Assembly (NCBI GenBank): GCA_964529745.1
Contig: CAZGZR010000002.1
Location: 1,682 to 65,681, forward strand
DNA length: 64,000 nucleotides
Direction: 5' to 3'
Source: an uncultured Candidatus Bathyarchaeia archaeon
Lineage (GTDB): Archaea; Thermoproteota; Bathyarchaeia; TCS64
Below the pieces are notes generated by a model. It had not been told where the DNA came from. It did not search any database and worked only from the letters and a program-made list of their open reading frames with translations. How positions within the stretch are numbered: position 1 is the first letter of the stretch; each line of letters starts with the position of its first letter. A program made the position numbers and the translations under genes. This document shows positions 9,239 through 20,212 of the stretch, piece after piece.

Positions 9239-10785
9239 AAGACGTTAAACCAAGGGGCTACCACGCGCCTATCTGGAACGAGCCCATAATACATGAGCTA
9301 GATAGTCCGGGTGAAAGAGGGGTTAAGATACCAGCAGTTGAACCAGAGATAGATAGACTAGTTCAGGACATTGAGTCACTTGTGCCTTCATCGGTTAGAA
9401 GAAGAAAGCTGACACTACCATCACTTTCACAGCCTCAGGTCATCAGACACTATCTACGACTCTCACAGCAGTGCTTGGGAATGGAGACGACGATAGACAT
9501 CAGCTCAGGGACATGCACGATGAAGTATAGCCCCAAGATAAACGAGGAACTAGCCATGAAGATAGCTGATGTTCATCCGCTTCAGGACGATGAGACCCTT
9601 CAAGGTATACTGGAGATCGTTTACAAGTTTGGGTACATATTCCTCAAAGAGATATCCGGGATGGACGCTTTCTCGTTCCAGCCAGCGGGAGGCTCTCCAG
9701 CAGCGTATAACAACTCGGCTATAATCAGAAAATACCATGAACTAAACGGGGAAAAGGAGCAGAGAAACGAGATCATAACCACGATCTTCAGTCACCCCTG
9801 TGACGCGGCTTGCCCATCAATGGCTGGATACAAGATCGTGACCATCTTCCCTGATCCTGAAACTGGTTTACCTGATACCGAGGCATTGAAAGAGGCGGTC
9901 TCTGAGCGGACCGCAGGAATGCTCATCACCAACCCCGAGGACACGGGTATCTTCAACCCTGATATCGACGAATGGACCAAGATTGTCCACGAAGTTGGGG
10001 GACTTTGTAGCTATGATCAAGCAAACGCCAACGCGATAATGGGAGTCACACGCGCCAAAGACGCTGGATTCGATTTATGCTTCTTCAACCTTCACAAGAC
10101 GTTCGGCAGCCCCCACGGGGGATATGGTCCCGGCTGTGGTGGTGTAGGAGTAGTGAAAGAGCTTGAGGAACTGCTACCAGTACCTGTAGTGGTTTACAGG
10201 GATGGAAAATATAGCCTCGACTATGATAGACCTAACAGTATTGGTAAGGTCAAGGACTTTTTCGGTAACGTGCAGGTAGTGGTCAGGGCTTATGCTTGGG
10301 CGACGTCCATGGGAGCCAGAGGATTACGAGAGGCGGCCGAGATATCCATGATCAACAACCAGTACCTCCAGAAGAAGCTGCTAGAAGTACGGGGGATTAC
10401 CAAACCATACAGCACCGAGGGCAGAGTAGACCAGGTACGCTGGAGCCTTGAAGAGATGAGAGATGAAACAGGCATAGGGATAGGAGCTTTCAACAACCGT
10501 CTCACAGACTACGGAATACCAAACATATTCACTAGCCACCACCCATGGATCGTACCAGAGCCGTTTACCCCCGAACCCTGCGAGTCTTACTCAAAGGCTG
10601 ACATCGATTACTGGGCCTCGGTAATAAAACAAGTCTCAGATGAAGCCTATAATAATCCCGAGATAGTGCGAAACGCTCCCCATAATGCGGCTGTCAAACG
10701 CATTAACGGAGATAGCTTCGATGATCCTGAGACATACGCTACAACATGGCGTGCGTTCATAAAGAAACATAAAACGAATAGTTGA
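9235..10785 (+). CDS. gcvPB: Glycine dehydrogenase (decarboxylating) subunit 2 (P protein C-terminal half, PLP-binding)
   Basis: 516 aa. PLP-lysine context FFNLHKTFGSPHGGYGPG. Confidence 0.85.
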   Translation: MKDVKPRGYHAPIWNEPIIHELDSPGERGVKIPAVEPEIDRLVQDIESLVPSSVRRRKLTLPSLSQPQVIRHYLRLSQQCLGMETTIDISSGTCTMKYSPKINEELAMKIADVHPLQDDETLQGILEIVYKFGYIFLKEISGMDAFSFQPAGGSPAAYNNSAIIRKYHELNGEKEQRNEIITTIFSHPCDAACPSMAGYKIVTIFPDPETGLPDTEALKEAVSERTAGMLITNPEDTGIFNPDIDEWTKIVHEVGGLCSYDQANANAIMGVTRAKDAGFDLCFFNLHKTFGSPHGGYGPGCGGVGVVKELEELLPVPVVVYRDGKYSLDYDRPNSIGKVKDFFGNVQVVVRAYAWATSMGARGLREAAEISMINNQYLQKKLLEVRGITKPYSTEGRVDQVRWSLEEMRDETGIGIGAFNNRLTDYGIPNIFTSHHPWIVPEPFTPEPCESYSKADIDYWASVIKQVSDEAYNNPEIVRNAPHNAAVKRINGDSFDDPETYATTWRAFIKKHKTNS

Positions 10786-10804
10786 TCTCAAGGAGTTAAT
10801 GGTT

Positions 10805-11518
10805 TTAGAGCCCAAGGTAACTTTTTCTTACGTAATCGTTATCAAGAAGCTCCGAACCCTTGCCCTCAAGAGCTATCTCGCCGTTCTCCAAGATGTAAGC
10901 CCTGTTTGATATCTCTAGGCTCTGTCTCGCGTTCTGCTCGACGAGAAGTATACTGATACCCTGCTTAACAACAGTCTGGATGATCTCAAACACATTCAAC
11001 ACAAGAAGAGGCGCTAAACCAAATGTAGGCTCATCGAGTATCAATAGCGTTGGATCGCCCATCAAACCCCTACCGATGGCAACCATCTGCTGTTGGCCAC
11101 CACTCAGATTACCTGCCAGCTCGTTCTTCTTCTCCAAGAGAACGGGATAGATTCGGTAAATCTCTTCAAGCCTTTCCTCACGGTTCGCCCTAGCTCTTTT
11201 AGAGTAGGAGCCTATCTCAAGGTTCTCCTGCACGGTCATCTGGGGGAAAAGCTGTCTACCCTCAGGGATACAGATTATTCCCTGTTCCACTATCTGATGA
11301 GTAGAGACTCCACTGATTACTTTGTCTTGGAAACGGATGCTCCCAGATGAGGGACGGTTTAACCCGATGATGGTCTTGATTAAAGTAGTCTTGCCTGCCC
11401 CATTGGAGCCTAGAAGTGAAACTACCTCACCTTTGTCTATGTGCGCATGAATATTCTTTAGGACATGGTTGTCTCCGTAGCTGAAGTTTACTCCAGTTAT
11501 CTCCAACATCGTATCCAT
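10805..11518 (-). CDS. livF: Branched-chain amino acid ABC transporter ATP-binding protein (LivF-type)
   Basis: Walker [17 protein letters not shown] signature, Walker B LLILDEP. Confidence 0.85.
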   Translation of the reverse strand: MDTMLEITGVNFSYGDNHVLKNIHAHIDKGEVVSLLGSNGAGKTTLIKTIIGLNRPSSGSIRFQDKVISGVSTHQIVEQGIICIPEGRQLFPQMTVQENLEIGSYSKRARANREERLEEIYRIYPVLLEKKNELAGNLSGGQQQMVAIGRGLMGDPTLLILDEPTFGLAPLLVLNVFEIIQTVVKQGISILLVEQNARQSLEISNRAYILENGEIALEGKGSELLDNDYVRKSYLGL

Positions 11519-11521
11519 CTG

Positions 11522-12253
11522 TCACACCTCGATCCTAGCGCCTAGGTAGGCGCTGATTACCTGTTCATTGTTAGCTATCTCTCTAGGTGTTCCTTCGGCT
11601 ATCTTCTCGCCGTGATGGATCACGATGATCTTCTCTGATATTGACATGATCGCTTTCATGATGTGCTCGATGAGGAAGATAGTGAGATCTGTCTCCTTTT
11701 GAACCTCCTTAACAAACTCCAAGAAATAAGTGACTTCTGTCGGAGTAAGCCCTGATATGATCTCGTCAAGCATCAGAAACTTTGGTTTGGTAGCCAAGGC
11801 CCTGCAGAGTTCAACCAGCTTCTTATCGATGACGTTCAAATCCCGCGTAAGCACAGACTCTTTCCCTGATAACCCGAGGCGCGAGATGTAGGTCAACGCC
11901 TCTTCCTCGATCTCTTTCAGGTTTCCCCTCTCTGGTCTACCATAGAGACCGCCAACCACGACGTTATCAAGCACCGTGAGCCTGTTAAACGACTTGACCA
12001 ACTGGAAGGTTCTACCGACCCCTTTCTTGCATATCGTGTGGGGGGAGAGCCCGGTTATTGGTTCACCATCAAAATTTATGGTGCCTTTCTCTGGCTTGTA
12101 GAACCCGTTGATCACGTTGAACAACGTGGTCTTCCCGGCACCGTTAGGACCGATCAGCCCTACTATCTCTCCTTCTTCGATAGAGAAACTGACATCGTTG
12201 ACAGCCACGAGCCCCCCGAACCTTTTCGTGACGCTCTCGCATTCAAGCATCAT
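11522..12253 (-). CDS. livG: Branched-chain amino acid ABC transporter ATP-binding protein (LivG-type)
   Basis: [15 protein letters not shown], and the longer LivG-type C-terminus. Confidence 0.85.
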   Translation of the reverse strand: MMLECESVTKRFGGLVAVNDVSFSIEEGEIVGLIGPNGAGKTTLFNVINGFYKPEKGTINFDGEPITGLSPHTICKKGVGRTFQLVKSFNRLTVLDNVVVGGLYGRPERGNLKEIEEEALTYISRLGLSGKESVLTRDLNVIDKKLVELCRALATKPKFLMLDEIISGLTPTEVTYFLEFVKEVQKETDLTIFLIEHIMKAIMSISEKIIVIHHGEKIAEGTPREIANNEQVISAYLGARIEV

Positions 12254-13245
12254 TCTTGCTCGTCTCCTCGTTTTACTAGTCTTACTAGCAGCGAGACTAG
12301 ATGTTGATAGGTACGGGTATAGATCACCCCACCGGGAGCAAACACGCCAACCAGCACCACTATGGCGCCAACGGTCGCTAGGTGAAGGAAGGATGTAATT
12401 AACATTATGCCTCGGTCAGCAGTCTCGATAATCAGTACACCAAGTATGGCTCCCATGATCTGACCCCTACCACCGATCATCAACGCGAGGGACGGTAGTA
12501 GAGTGATATAGGCGCCGAAGAACGTTGCAGGGTTGATGTACGCCAAGTATAGTGCGTGAACTGGTCCCATCAATGAGGGAATTAGGACACTAAGAAGCAT
12601 CGCCTTCACCTTCACACTGTAAGTATCTATTCCAGTTGCTTCAGCGAGCTCCAAGTCGTCTCTGATGCTTCGCATTGCATATCCAATGGGTGACCTCGTA
12701 ACGACTTTATACAGGATAATCGACAATATCACGAAGCCAAACGCGAGATAATAAGCCACAGTGCCAGTGAACCATTTACAGGCTGGGAGAGGTATTCCTC
12801 TGCTGCCTCCTGTAAACTCGAAAAAGTTGATGATGAGTTGACTCACCAAGCTACCTATACCCAGCGTCGCTATCGAGAGATAGGCGCCGCTGAGACGCTT
12901 GAACATGATTAATGACATTATCAACGCGAAAATCATCGAGACGATAGGTCCAATGATTAATCCACTGATGAATGGGTTCAATAATGGTAGACTCCAGCCC
13001 TCCCTCCAGAAGATAACAAAGATATACGAACTTATACCAAAGAAAGTCGTCTGAGACAGGTTGAGCTCACCCATGTGCCCCAAGATCATGTCGTTTGTCA
13101 CTGCCAACGCGATGATTGTAAAGTACCTGTATAGTAGACTTATAACGTAGCTTTGATTGCTGAAAGGAAACGATGTCAGTAAGAGTAATGATACGAGATA
13201 CAGTACGTTGGACAGGGTGAGCCTATCTTTTATTGAGACATTCAT
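12250..13245 (-). CDS. livM: Branched-chain amino acid ABC transporter permease (LivM-type)
   Basis: Multi-TM permease. The ATG at 13245 (MNVSIKDRL) gives an ATGA overlap with livH. The ORF extends to 13335. Confidence 0.75.
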   Translation of the reverse strand: MNVSIKDRLTLSNVLYLVSLLLLTSFPFSNQSYVISLLYRYFTIIALAVTNDMILGHMGELNLSQTTFFGISSYIFVIFWREGWSLPLLNPFISGLIIGPIVSMIFALIMSLIMFKRLSGAYLSIATLGIGSLVSQLIINFFEFTGGSRGIPLPACKWFTGTVAYYLAFGFVILSIILYKVVTRSPIGYAMRSIRDDLELAEATGIDTYSVKVKAMLLSVLIPSLMGPVHALYLAYINPATFFGAYITLLPSLALMIGGRGQIMGAILGVLIIETADRGIMLITSFLHLATVGAIVVLVGVFAPGGVIYTRTYQHLVSLLVRLVKRGDEQE

Positions 13246-14135
13246 TTGTTTCCCCCAAAGATTCCTCTTGGACGGAACAGCAAGAACAGTATCAGAAACA
13301 CCATCGAGACGATAGGCGACCACATGGGAGCCCAATAATACGCCGTTATCGACTCAGCTATCCCAAGCAACATCCCAGCGATAAGAGACCCTGGCAAACT
13401 ACCCAGTCCACCGAGAATGACACAGCAGAGACTTGGCATCAACAGCCTCTCACCAGTGTAAGGGTTGACGAGAGTGATCAACACATAAAACAAGCCAGCG
13501 GTTCCAGCTATCGCGGTGGCGAGACCAAAGGTAACCAACTCCATCCGTTTGGTGTTTACACCTACTATCATGGCTCCCTCAGGGTTCTGGATCATAGCCC
13601 TCATAGCCTTGCCCGTATAGGTTCTTTTAAAGAAAAGCGACAAAACGATGGTAAGTATGCTGATGAATACCAGAACGACTGTCCTAACGCCGGAGAGAAC
13701 GATTATCTCGCTGATATGGATCGATGGAAGAGACCAAGGCACGCTTATTCCGACACCTATAGTGATGGTATACATCAAGTCTCTGATGATTAATCCAAGC
13801 CCCATGGTGATCATCATCGAAAAGACCATTCTCTCAACGACTGACCCCCTCAGTTTGATGTTCTGGATGATTACGTAGTCGTACCCTGCCCCAAGCAAGA
13901 AAAACAGGGGAATAATAACTATAAGATAGAGAAAGGGAATCGTAGGATACAGGTTATAAAGATACTCAGTGACATAGGCCCCCACCATAAGCCAGTCCCC
14001 ATGAGCCACGTTATAAACCCTACAGATACCGTAGATAAGAGACAAACCGAACGCGATCAACGCGTAGATTCCGCCAAGAAGAATTCCTCCTATGACGATC
14101 TGTAAAAAATTGGGAAGTATATTTTCCAGTGACAT
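13242..14135 (-). CDS. livH: Branched-chain amino acid ABC transporter permease (LivH-type)
   Basis: 297-aa polytopic membrane protein upstream of livM, in operon order K-H-M-G-F. Confidence 0.8.
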   Translation of the reverse strand: MSLENILPNFLQIVIGGILLGGIYALIAFGLSLIYGICRVYNVAHGDWLMVGAYVTEYLYNLYPTIPFLYLIVIIPLFFLLGAGYDYVIIQNIKLRGSVVERMVFSMMITMGLGLIIRDLMYTITIGVGISVPWSLPSIHISEIIVLSGVRTVVLVFISILTIVLSLFFKRTYTGKAMRAMIQNPEGAMIVGVNTKRMELVTFGLATAIAGTAGLFYVLITLVNPYTGERLLMPSLCCVILGGLGSLPGSLIAGMLLGIAESITAYYWAPMWSPIVSMVFLILFLLFRPRGIFGGNK

Positions 14136-14151
14136 AGATGGATCAGCTTAA

Positions 14152-15402
14152 CTATGGTGTAGGATAGATATGATTTGCAGCTTTCGCCCACGCAGGGGCA
14201 ACGACTACAGGCTTTCCGTCCACGACTTGTGTCGGATACGCATATATGGAACCCAAACCATAGCCAGACTCTAAGCTTGTTGTGTTGAAGCTACAGAACC
14301 CGCCGATCGTCAAGTACTTCTGGTGAAGTATGGTGTCTCTGATCTCGACAGGGTCTTGGTAATCGTCTACCCTTTGCAGTGCTTCTAGTAGGACCTCATA
14401 GGACATGTAGCATGAAGCTACAAACGTGTACTCAAGGGGATCAAATCCTGCACGCGTGTATACTTCTTCCCACAGCTCCGCGTTACCTAGTTCTTGACCC
14501 GGTGGAGGAGTCCACATCTCATCCATCATGTACTCACTCAAGGTTCCCAAGCCGTCGATGACTGGTTTCCCGGAAGATCCGTGACTGTAGAACTCGCGTG
14601 GTTCTACTCCAAGTTCTTTGGCTTGTTTGATGAAGGCTACCCCGAATCCTGCATCATAAACGATGTCTGGATCGACCTCCTTGATGTGTGTAATAACCGA
14701 TGTGAAGTCCGTTGTCGCAGCTGGCAGCATCTCACGATACACTATCTCAAGTCCCGCTTCCTCAGCGTATTTTTGAGCACCCATAGCCAAACCCGTGAAT
14801 AGAGTATCATCTGCGTGTACGATAGCTATAGTATTGGCTTCTCCTTCCTCTGCGAGCATCTCGAAATAGAATTTTGGCTTGTCCTGTATCGGAACCAGTG
14901 GGCAGGCTACCCACTCGTTCCCCTGAGAGTACACGAATATGTCGTTGGCACACTGGTGTACCATTGGGACACCGTATTTCTCTGCAACTGTGCTAGCTGA
15001 GATAGCTAAATAGCTTGTAACAGCGCCCATGCATGCGTCGACTTTATCAACTGTGATCAGTCTCTCGTAGTTACTGACAACGATTGTTGGGTCGCTACGG
15101 TCATCGTAAATAATGAAATCAACAGGGCATCTTTGATTATATTTCTTGATGTAGATTCCGCCTCGTTCATTTAGTATCTCTTCAAGTGTCTCTGCAACCA
15201 GACCGGATTTGCCAAACACTGGAGCGCCCCATCCTGAGAGGGGAATCGAGCATCCAATCTTAATGACTGCTGGTGGCTCTGGCTCGACCTCTACTTCAAC
15301 GATTTTCTCTACCTCGGTTGGTAAGAGGAAATGACCAGCAGCGAACCCGATTATTCCTAGTACTGCCGCTAAAGCAATCCATGTGTTTTTATTATATTCC
15401 AT
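14152..15402 (-). CDS. Liv-type periplasmic substrate-binding protein with an N-terminal membrane anchor (archaeal style)
   Basis: N-terminal TM helix followed by a type-I periplasmic-binding fold. It is the first gene of the liv operon. Confidence 0.75.
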   Translation of the reverse strand: MEYNKNTWIALAAVLGIIGFAAGHFLLPTEVEKIVEVEVEPEPPAVIKIGCSIPLSGWGAPVFGKSGLVAETLEEILNERGGIYIKKYNQRCPVDFIIYDDRSDPTIVVSNYERLITVDKVDACMGAVTSYLAISASTVAEKYGVPMVHQCANDIFVYSQGNEWVACPLVPIQDKPKFYFEMLAEEGEANTIAIVHADDTLFTGLAMGAQKYAEEAGLEIVYREMLPAATTDFTSVITHIKEVDPDIVYDAGFGVAFIKQAKELGVEPREFYSHGSSGKPVIDGLGTLSEYMMDEMWTPPPGQELGNAELWEEVYTRAGFDPLEYTFVASCYMSYEVLLEALQRVDDYQDPVEIRDTILHQKYLTIGGFCSFNTTSLESGYGLGSIYAYPTQVVDGKPVVVAPAWAKAANHIYPTP

Positions 15403-15533
15403 TGTATTTCCATTAAATTATCCAAGATTAGATCTATATAATATTTTTCAATAACAATATTGTAGCGTTATAATATTGCTTAGAAGTTCTACCAATTAAT
15501 GTTAATTTTAACCTATAAAAATTTTAAATAACC

Positions 15534-15980
15534 CTAGGTTTGACGAATGTCGTAAAGACACTCATCATCTCCTTCTAGAACCCATTTAACCCGCTCTACC
15601 TTTATGTTTTTATTATATTCAACAAACTTCCAGATATCAACATCACAGTATAGCTTACAAAAATCCTCGGAGCCTTTCTCCTTCCAGATATCCGCGAATG
15701 GGCATCCATCAACAAACCCTATCCTCGGCAAGTCCAGCACCTTGTTATAGTTCTCAAGAACTGGCTCTAACCCCATTTTTAGGACTTCGTCTCGTACTCT
15801 TCGTGATCTGTCGAGACCGAACCTTTTGACTGATTCTGAGATGAATTTCTTTCCCTCTGTCTCACCCATCACTTCTATGGCGAGGTTGGAGAAGTGGTAG
15901 AACATCAGTCCGAATAGCCTGGCCATAGCTTCTACTTGTTCCGTAGCCTCGACGTAAGTGAAGGTCTTTTCTTTATCCAT
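15534..15980 (-). CDS. Hypothetical protein (possibly ATC-hydrolase-like), co-oriented 4 nt upstream-adjacent to the nitroreductase
   Basis: 148 aa with a clean ORF in GC-rich context. There is no confident motif. Confidence 0.5.
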   Translation of the reverse strand: MDKEKTFTYVEATEQVEAMARLFGLMFYHFSNLAIEVMGETEGKKFISESVKRFGLDRSRRVRDEVLKMGLEPVLENYNKVLDLPRIGFVDGCPFADIWKEKGSEDFCKLYCDVDIWKFVEYNKNIKVERVKWVLEGDDECLYDIRQT

Positions 15981-15984
15981 GGAA

Positions 15985-16815
15985 TCACTTTGTGATTATC
16001 GCGTCAGCTACGCTCATTCTGAGGCTCTTAATCGGTGCCTCATCTGGCCAGCCAAGGATGATGTGGCAGCGGCTCACGAAGGTCTCTGGTAGGTTGAAGT
16101 GTTCCCGTACCCTTTGTCTGCTGTCATCTCCATGGGTGAGCCAGCATGCACCAAGACCCAGTGCGTGTGCCATCAGGCAGATGTGATCTGCTGCTGTCGC
16201 AGCGTCGTAGTATAGGTTCTGAGGCACCCATGTGTCGAAAGTTAGTGCCTGGTATCCTCGCATGTCTTGGCAGACGATTATCATTACACCATTTTCGAGT
16301 GGGATGTCGCTTGTAACTAGGGACCAGTCTTTTGGGTCGCGGAGGACTATGAATCGACGTGAGTCTACGTTACATCCCACGGGGGACATCAATGCTGCAT
16401 AGATCATATCGTTGATCATCCAATCAGGGACCGGTTTATCCTTGAACTGACGTATCGAACGTCTCTCATAGAGCAGTTTTTTGACAGTCTCCATCTCTGC
16501 TGTGGTGAAAGGTTCTGGTAGTTCTGTGTCGAGTTCTACTTGTTCACCTCTGTTTAGTTTCTCTGCGATCTCGATGTTTTCTATGCACCATTTTAGGTCA
16601 GGGGTGTCGATGGGTAGCCCTCGCTCTCTCCAGATGTCAAGGAGGAACTTGGGTTGTTCTCCGAAATTTTCAGGTTTATTATATTTCCCGTTAAGAATAC
16701 GGTATAGAAATACCTCTATTCTGTGATGGGTTCTCTCATGGAGAAGGGTTCTTAGTGTTCCGACATCAATTTCGAGTAGTTGTTTTTTTGTGAAGCCATG
16801 TACTTTCTCTATCAT
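15985..16815 (-). CDS. Nitroreductase-family flavoprotein
   Basis: The C-terminal 180 aa match the NAD(P)H nitroreductase fold (RRSIRQF, SRRFIVLRDPKDW, GACWLTHG). Confidence 0.7.
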   Translation of the reverse strand: MIEKVHGFTKKQLLEIDVGTLRTLLHERTHHRIEVFLYRILNGKYNKPENFGEQPKFLLDIWRERGLPIDTPDLKWCIENIEIAEKLNRGEQVELDTELPEPFTTAEMETVKKLLYERRSIRQFKDKPVPDWMINDMIYAALMSPVGCNVDSRRFIVLRDPKDWSLVTSDIPLENGVMIIVCQDMRGYQALTFDTWVPQNLYYDAATAADHICLMAHALGLGACWLTHGDDSRQRVREHFNLPETFVSRCHIILGWPDEAPIKSLRMSVADAIITK

Positions 16816-16870
16816 ATTTTTAACTCCTTTTACAAATGTGTTCTCGAAAAATATATTATATTATTAAGTT

Positions 16871-16880
16871 ATAATATTAT
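16871..16880. promoter_or_regulatory. Perfect 10-bp palindrome ATAATATTAT upstream of the nitroreductase operon; second ATAATATT at 16890-16897
   Basis: One of at least 6 intergenic occurrences of the same motif (3324-3333, 5664-5673, 7808-7815/7824-7831, 15438-15445/15470-15477, 18023-18030/18039-18046). Confidence 0.5.
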
Positions 16881-17036
16881 CGCATGCGTATAATATTCTG
16901 GTTTTATAAAAGACAGCAGAATAAATAAGGCATCAACTACATTCCACCTTATGGCGGTTTGTCGCAATATACGCATGCAAAAACCACTTTAGTGAGAATT
17001 GCTAAGGTAACTCGCATACATAGACCCCAGATGAGT

Positions 17037-18005
17037 TCATGGGTTCCTATTTTGATCCTGTGATTTATTTACAAATGTTACAGGCTGTATGGGCTTCTCA
17101 TTAACCTCAAATTTAAAGACATCAGGTCTTGCATAATGACCTACAACATCGAAGTCAAACTTTCCACGAGCAACCTCAGAAAGGTCCAGTTCAGCGTAAA
17201 GTATTCCTTCCTCACCATATAGAGGACCAGCTAAAACCTGACCTAGCGGGGATATAATACAACTACCCCCTAGGCACATCTCTTCTGGTTGAGATTCGAG
17301 ATCCTCGATGCCAACTAAATCCTTTGGATACATATCCTTTGTGACATACTGATTACAGCCTAGAACGAAACATCGTCCTTCGCATGCTATGTGACGAAGA
17401 GTAGCTTGCCATGTATCTCGTGAATCCGCTGTAGGGGCGAGATAAATCTCGACACCCTTACCATACATCGCCATCCGAGCTAGGGGCATATAATTTTCCC
17501 AACAAATTAATCCGCCTATTTTACCAATGTCAGTTGAAATTACGGAAAGAGTACTGCCGTCTCCTTCCCCCCAAATGAGTCTTTCACTCGCTGTGGGTTT
17601 CAGCTTACGGTGTTTACCCAATAGTTTTCCATCTGGACCAAAATACAAGAGAGTACAATAAAGGGTACCTTGACTATATTCACTATCCCTCTCAATAACT
17701 CCCATGGCTAAGTATACTTCTGATTCCCTTGCAGCCTCACCCAATATCTCAGTATAGGAACTGGGCACCTCGATAGAATTCGACCAGTATCTCTCCCACG
17801 TTTGTCTGCCCTGTTTAGTCCGGTTTCCAACAACGGTTCCAAAAGTCAGACCCCTTGGATACGCAGGGATAAAAGCCTCTGGGAAAAGAACCAAGTCTAC
17901 ACTGTTTGAAGACGCTTCTTTAATCAGTTTACATGCCTTCGTAATGGATTCTTCCCGTTTGAAAAGGACAGGTGCGGCTTGAACTACGCCAACTTTGCAT
18001 CTCAT
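17037..18005 (-). CDS. Carbon-nitrogen hydrolase (nitrilase/aliphatic amidase family)
   Basis: FPEAFIPAYP (Glu), a Lys further on, and GGLICWENYMP (catalytic Cys). This is the E-K-C triad of the nitrilase superfamily. Confidence 0.8.
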   Translation of the reverse strand: MRCKVGVVQAAPVLFKREESITKACKLIKEASSNSVDLVLFPEAFIPAYPRGLTFGTVVGNRTKQGRQTWERYWSNSIEVPSSYTEILGEAARESEVYLAMGVIERDSEYSQGTLYCTLLYFGPDGKLLGKHRKLKPTASERLIWGEGDGSTLSVISTDIGKIGGLICWENYMPLARMAMYGKGVEIYLAPTADSRDTWQATLRHIACEGRCFVLGCNQYVTKDMYPKDLVGIEDLESQPEEMCLGGSCIISPLGQVLAGPLYGEEGILYAELDLSEVARGKFDFDVVGHYARPDVFKFEVNEKPIQPVTFVNKSQDQNRNP

Positions 18006-18300
18006 ATCTAGCTCTCTCTAAATAATATTCTAATTAAATAATATATAACACGAGTGCTAAATTGGGCGACCTTTGTGTCAACAATAATATCATTGATTAT
18101 AGTAAAAACCGGTTATAGAAGTTGATGATTTCTTGAGGTTTTTCTTTGATTGGTTGTTCAAGATACGATGAATGTTGCTCCATTTTATTCGGATTAATTT
18201 AGCTACTAAGTATTTAGAATACACGTGAACGAGCGCGCTTCATGGAGAAAACTGTCCATCTAACGAGGTTGCATCCGTTGTGTGGGTGGGGCCACACTTT

Positions 18301-18717
18301 TTACATGTAAAAATGAGGCGAGTTTTCTTCTCTATAAATTCTAATGGATAACACGAGTGTCAGCAACGAGAATGAATACCTCAACACTGTTTGCCACCAG
18401 TTGTTTAACGGGCTGTGCAGACCAGCGTCAGCTAACTGCCCCAACGACAATACGACGAACAGAGTATTCATAACCAAGAAAACAGCCTCCAGCCCGATCA
18501 GGCCTTTGAGTCCAAACCTTTTCCCGGATACATATAGAGAGGCAAGGCTTCCCATCAACGCGTATATCAACAAGACGGTTAAAGCGCTTTCAGAGTCATT
18601 GAATCGGTATTGGTCCATTCCGACGATGTATCCTCCGAAGAGTAGACGGAAAAACAGCGTAATGACCAAGGCTTTTTCGTTATTTGTGAGAATCATAGTA
18701 ATCAGCCTAGGCTCCAT
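18301..18717 (-). CDS. Small integral membrane protein (4 predicted TM helices)
   Basis: 138 aa with hydrophobic segments. It overlaps the end of the upstream oxidoreductase gene by 11 nt. This is a weak call. Confidence 0.35.
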   Translation of the reverse strand: MEPRLITMILTNNEKALVITLFFRLLFGGYIVGMDQYRFNDSESALTVLLIYALMGSLASLYVSGKRFGLKGLIGLEAVFLVMNTLFVVLSLGQLADAGLHSPLNNWWQTVLRYSFSLLTLVLSIRIYREENSPHFYM

Positions 18718-19642
18718 GGAGGCTTGTCGGTTGAGACACGTTGACGATCACGTTTCCCTTTTTGTGCCCTTTCTCGACGTACCGGTGGGCCTCGACGATC
18801 TCCTCCAACGTGTAGCGCCTGTCTATGACTGTCTTCAGCTTCCCCTCCTCGATGAGCCCCTTGAGGAACACCAGGTCTTCGCGCTTGGGTTCGGGGCCCG
18901 TCGTCCTTATGTATCTCCCGTTCGGGGCGAGTATCTTCTCGCATCTCTGTTTCGAGCTCTTGCTGACCGCGTCGAAGACGAGGTCGTATTGTTTATCGGA
19001 TTTCGTGAAGTCCTCTTCGGTGTAGTCGATGACGTGATCCGCGCCGAGAGACCTCACCAACTCGAGGTTCGCCGTGCTGCAGACCCCTGTCACCTCGGCT
19101 CCGAAGTACTTGGCTATCTGGACCCCATATGTTCCCAGGGCCCCGGAGGCGCCGTTGATGAGCACCCTGTCGCCGCTCTTGATCCTCCCCGTGTCTCTGA
19201 GGAACACCAGCGCCGCGCATCCGCTGGCCGGGACCGGCGCAGCCTCCTCGAAGGTCATGTTTCCGGGTTTCAACGCGACGACTCCGTCTTCCGGCAGGCA
19301 CACGTACTCGGCGTGGGCCCCGAAGCGTAGCCCCATGGAGGCAAAGACTTCATCGCCTTCGCTGAACCTTGCCACGTTTTTACCCTTGGATTCTACCGTG
19401 CCCGCCAGCTCCATCCCCAGTACCTTCCTCCTGGGGCCTGTGACGCCTATGAAGAGCCGCCCCATGATTCTTTCAAGCAGCGAGCCGGGGATCGATAGGC
19501 CTCGCATCCGGGTGTCTCCACGGTGCAGCGTGGTGGCGATTGTCTTGACCAGTATCTCGTCGTCTCTCGGCGTGGGTTTTGGTATTTCTCGGATTTGGAG
19601 GACCTCTGGTGGTCCATATTCCTCGTAAACAGCCGCCTTCAT
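18707..19642 (-). CDS. Zinc-binding alcohol dehydrogenase/NADPH:quinone oxidoreductase (MDR superfamily)
   Basis: GDEVFA..., [25 protein letters not shown] Rossmann motif, 311 aa. Confidence 0.8.
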   Translation of the reverse strand: MKAAVYEEYGPPEVLQIREIPKPTPRDDEILVKTIATTLHRGDTRMRGLSIPGSLLERIMGRLFIGVTGPRRKVLGMELAGTVESKGKNVARFSEGDEVFASMGLRFGAHAEYVCLPEDGVVALKPGNMTFEEAAPVPASGCAALVFLRDTGRIKSGDRVLINGASGALGTYGVQIAKYFGAEVTGVCSTANLELVRSLGADHVIDYTEEDFTKSDKQYDLVFDAVSKSSKQRCEKILAPNGRYIRTTGPEPKREDLVFLKGLIEEGKLKTVIDRRYTLEEIVEAHRYVEKGHKKGNVIVNVSQPTSLHGA

Positions 19643-19744
19643 CGAGCCCCGTCTCTCCGGGCTATCTGGGTTAACCCTGCTTAATTTGATTTGGATCGGG
19701 TGGCTCGCTAAACTTCTTTATCGTGCGACTCAAATAATTCTGGC

Positions 19745-20164
19745 ATGTCTGAGACAGACGAGATCTTCACGGTGGTGCGGAAGTACTGGAAGATCCTGGT
19801 AAAATGGGTTCTGCGGCTGCACGATTACCCTGAGATCACCGTCGATGAGTTGTATACTCGGTTTAACTCGGGTGATCCGCCCCTGATGATTGACATCCGA
19901 TCCATCGATGACTACATGGGTGACGGATACTCAGCGTATGGACACATCCCTGGCGCGGTGTCGATCCCTATGCTGGAGCTGGAGACCAGGCTGGGGGAGC
20001 TCGAGGAATACATGGAGAAAGAGATAGTGACGATGTGCCCTGGGGGCGGGTTATCGCTGGCGGCGGTTGACGTCATGATGGAAGCGGGTTTCAACGACGT
20101 TAAGAGCCTCAAGGGTGGTACCGATGCGTGGCACAGGAGAGGATACCCCACCACGTCTGGCTAG
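19745..20164 (+). CDS. Rhodanese-domain sulfurtransferase (paralog 1)
   Basis: Single rhodanese domain with active-site loop TMCPGGGLS and the pattern DIRS..DYMGDGYSAYGHIPGA. Confidence 0.75.
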   Translation: MSETDEIFTVVRKYWKILVKWVLRLHDYPEITVDELYTRFNSGDPPLMIDIRSIDDYMGDGYSAYGHIPGAVSIPMLELETRLGELEEYMEKEIVTMCPGGGLSLAAVDVMMEAGFNDVKSLKGGTDAWHRRGYPTTSG

Positions 20165-20212
20165 ACGTCAACCTTTTATTGGCCAGTTAGCTTGGTTGGG
20201 TGGTGTCCGGGG

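Noticed and set aside
18344-19330. 328-aa plus-strand ORF
   Set aside because: It is antisense to the well-supported MDR oxidoreductase and small membrane gene, and has no domain features.
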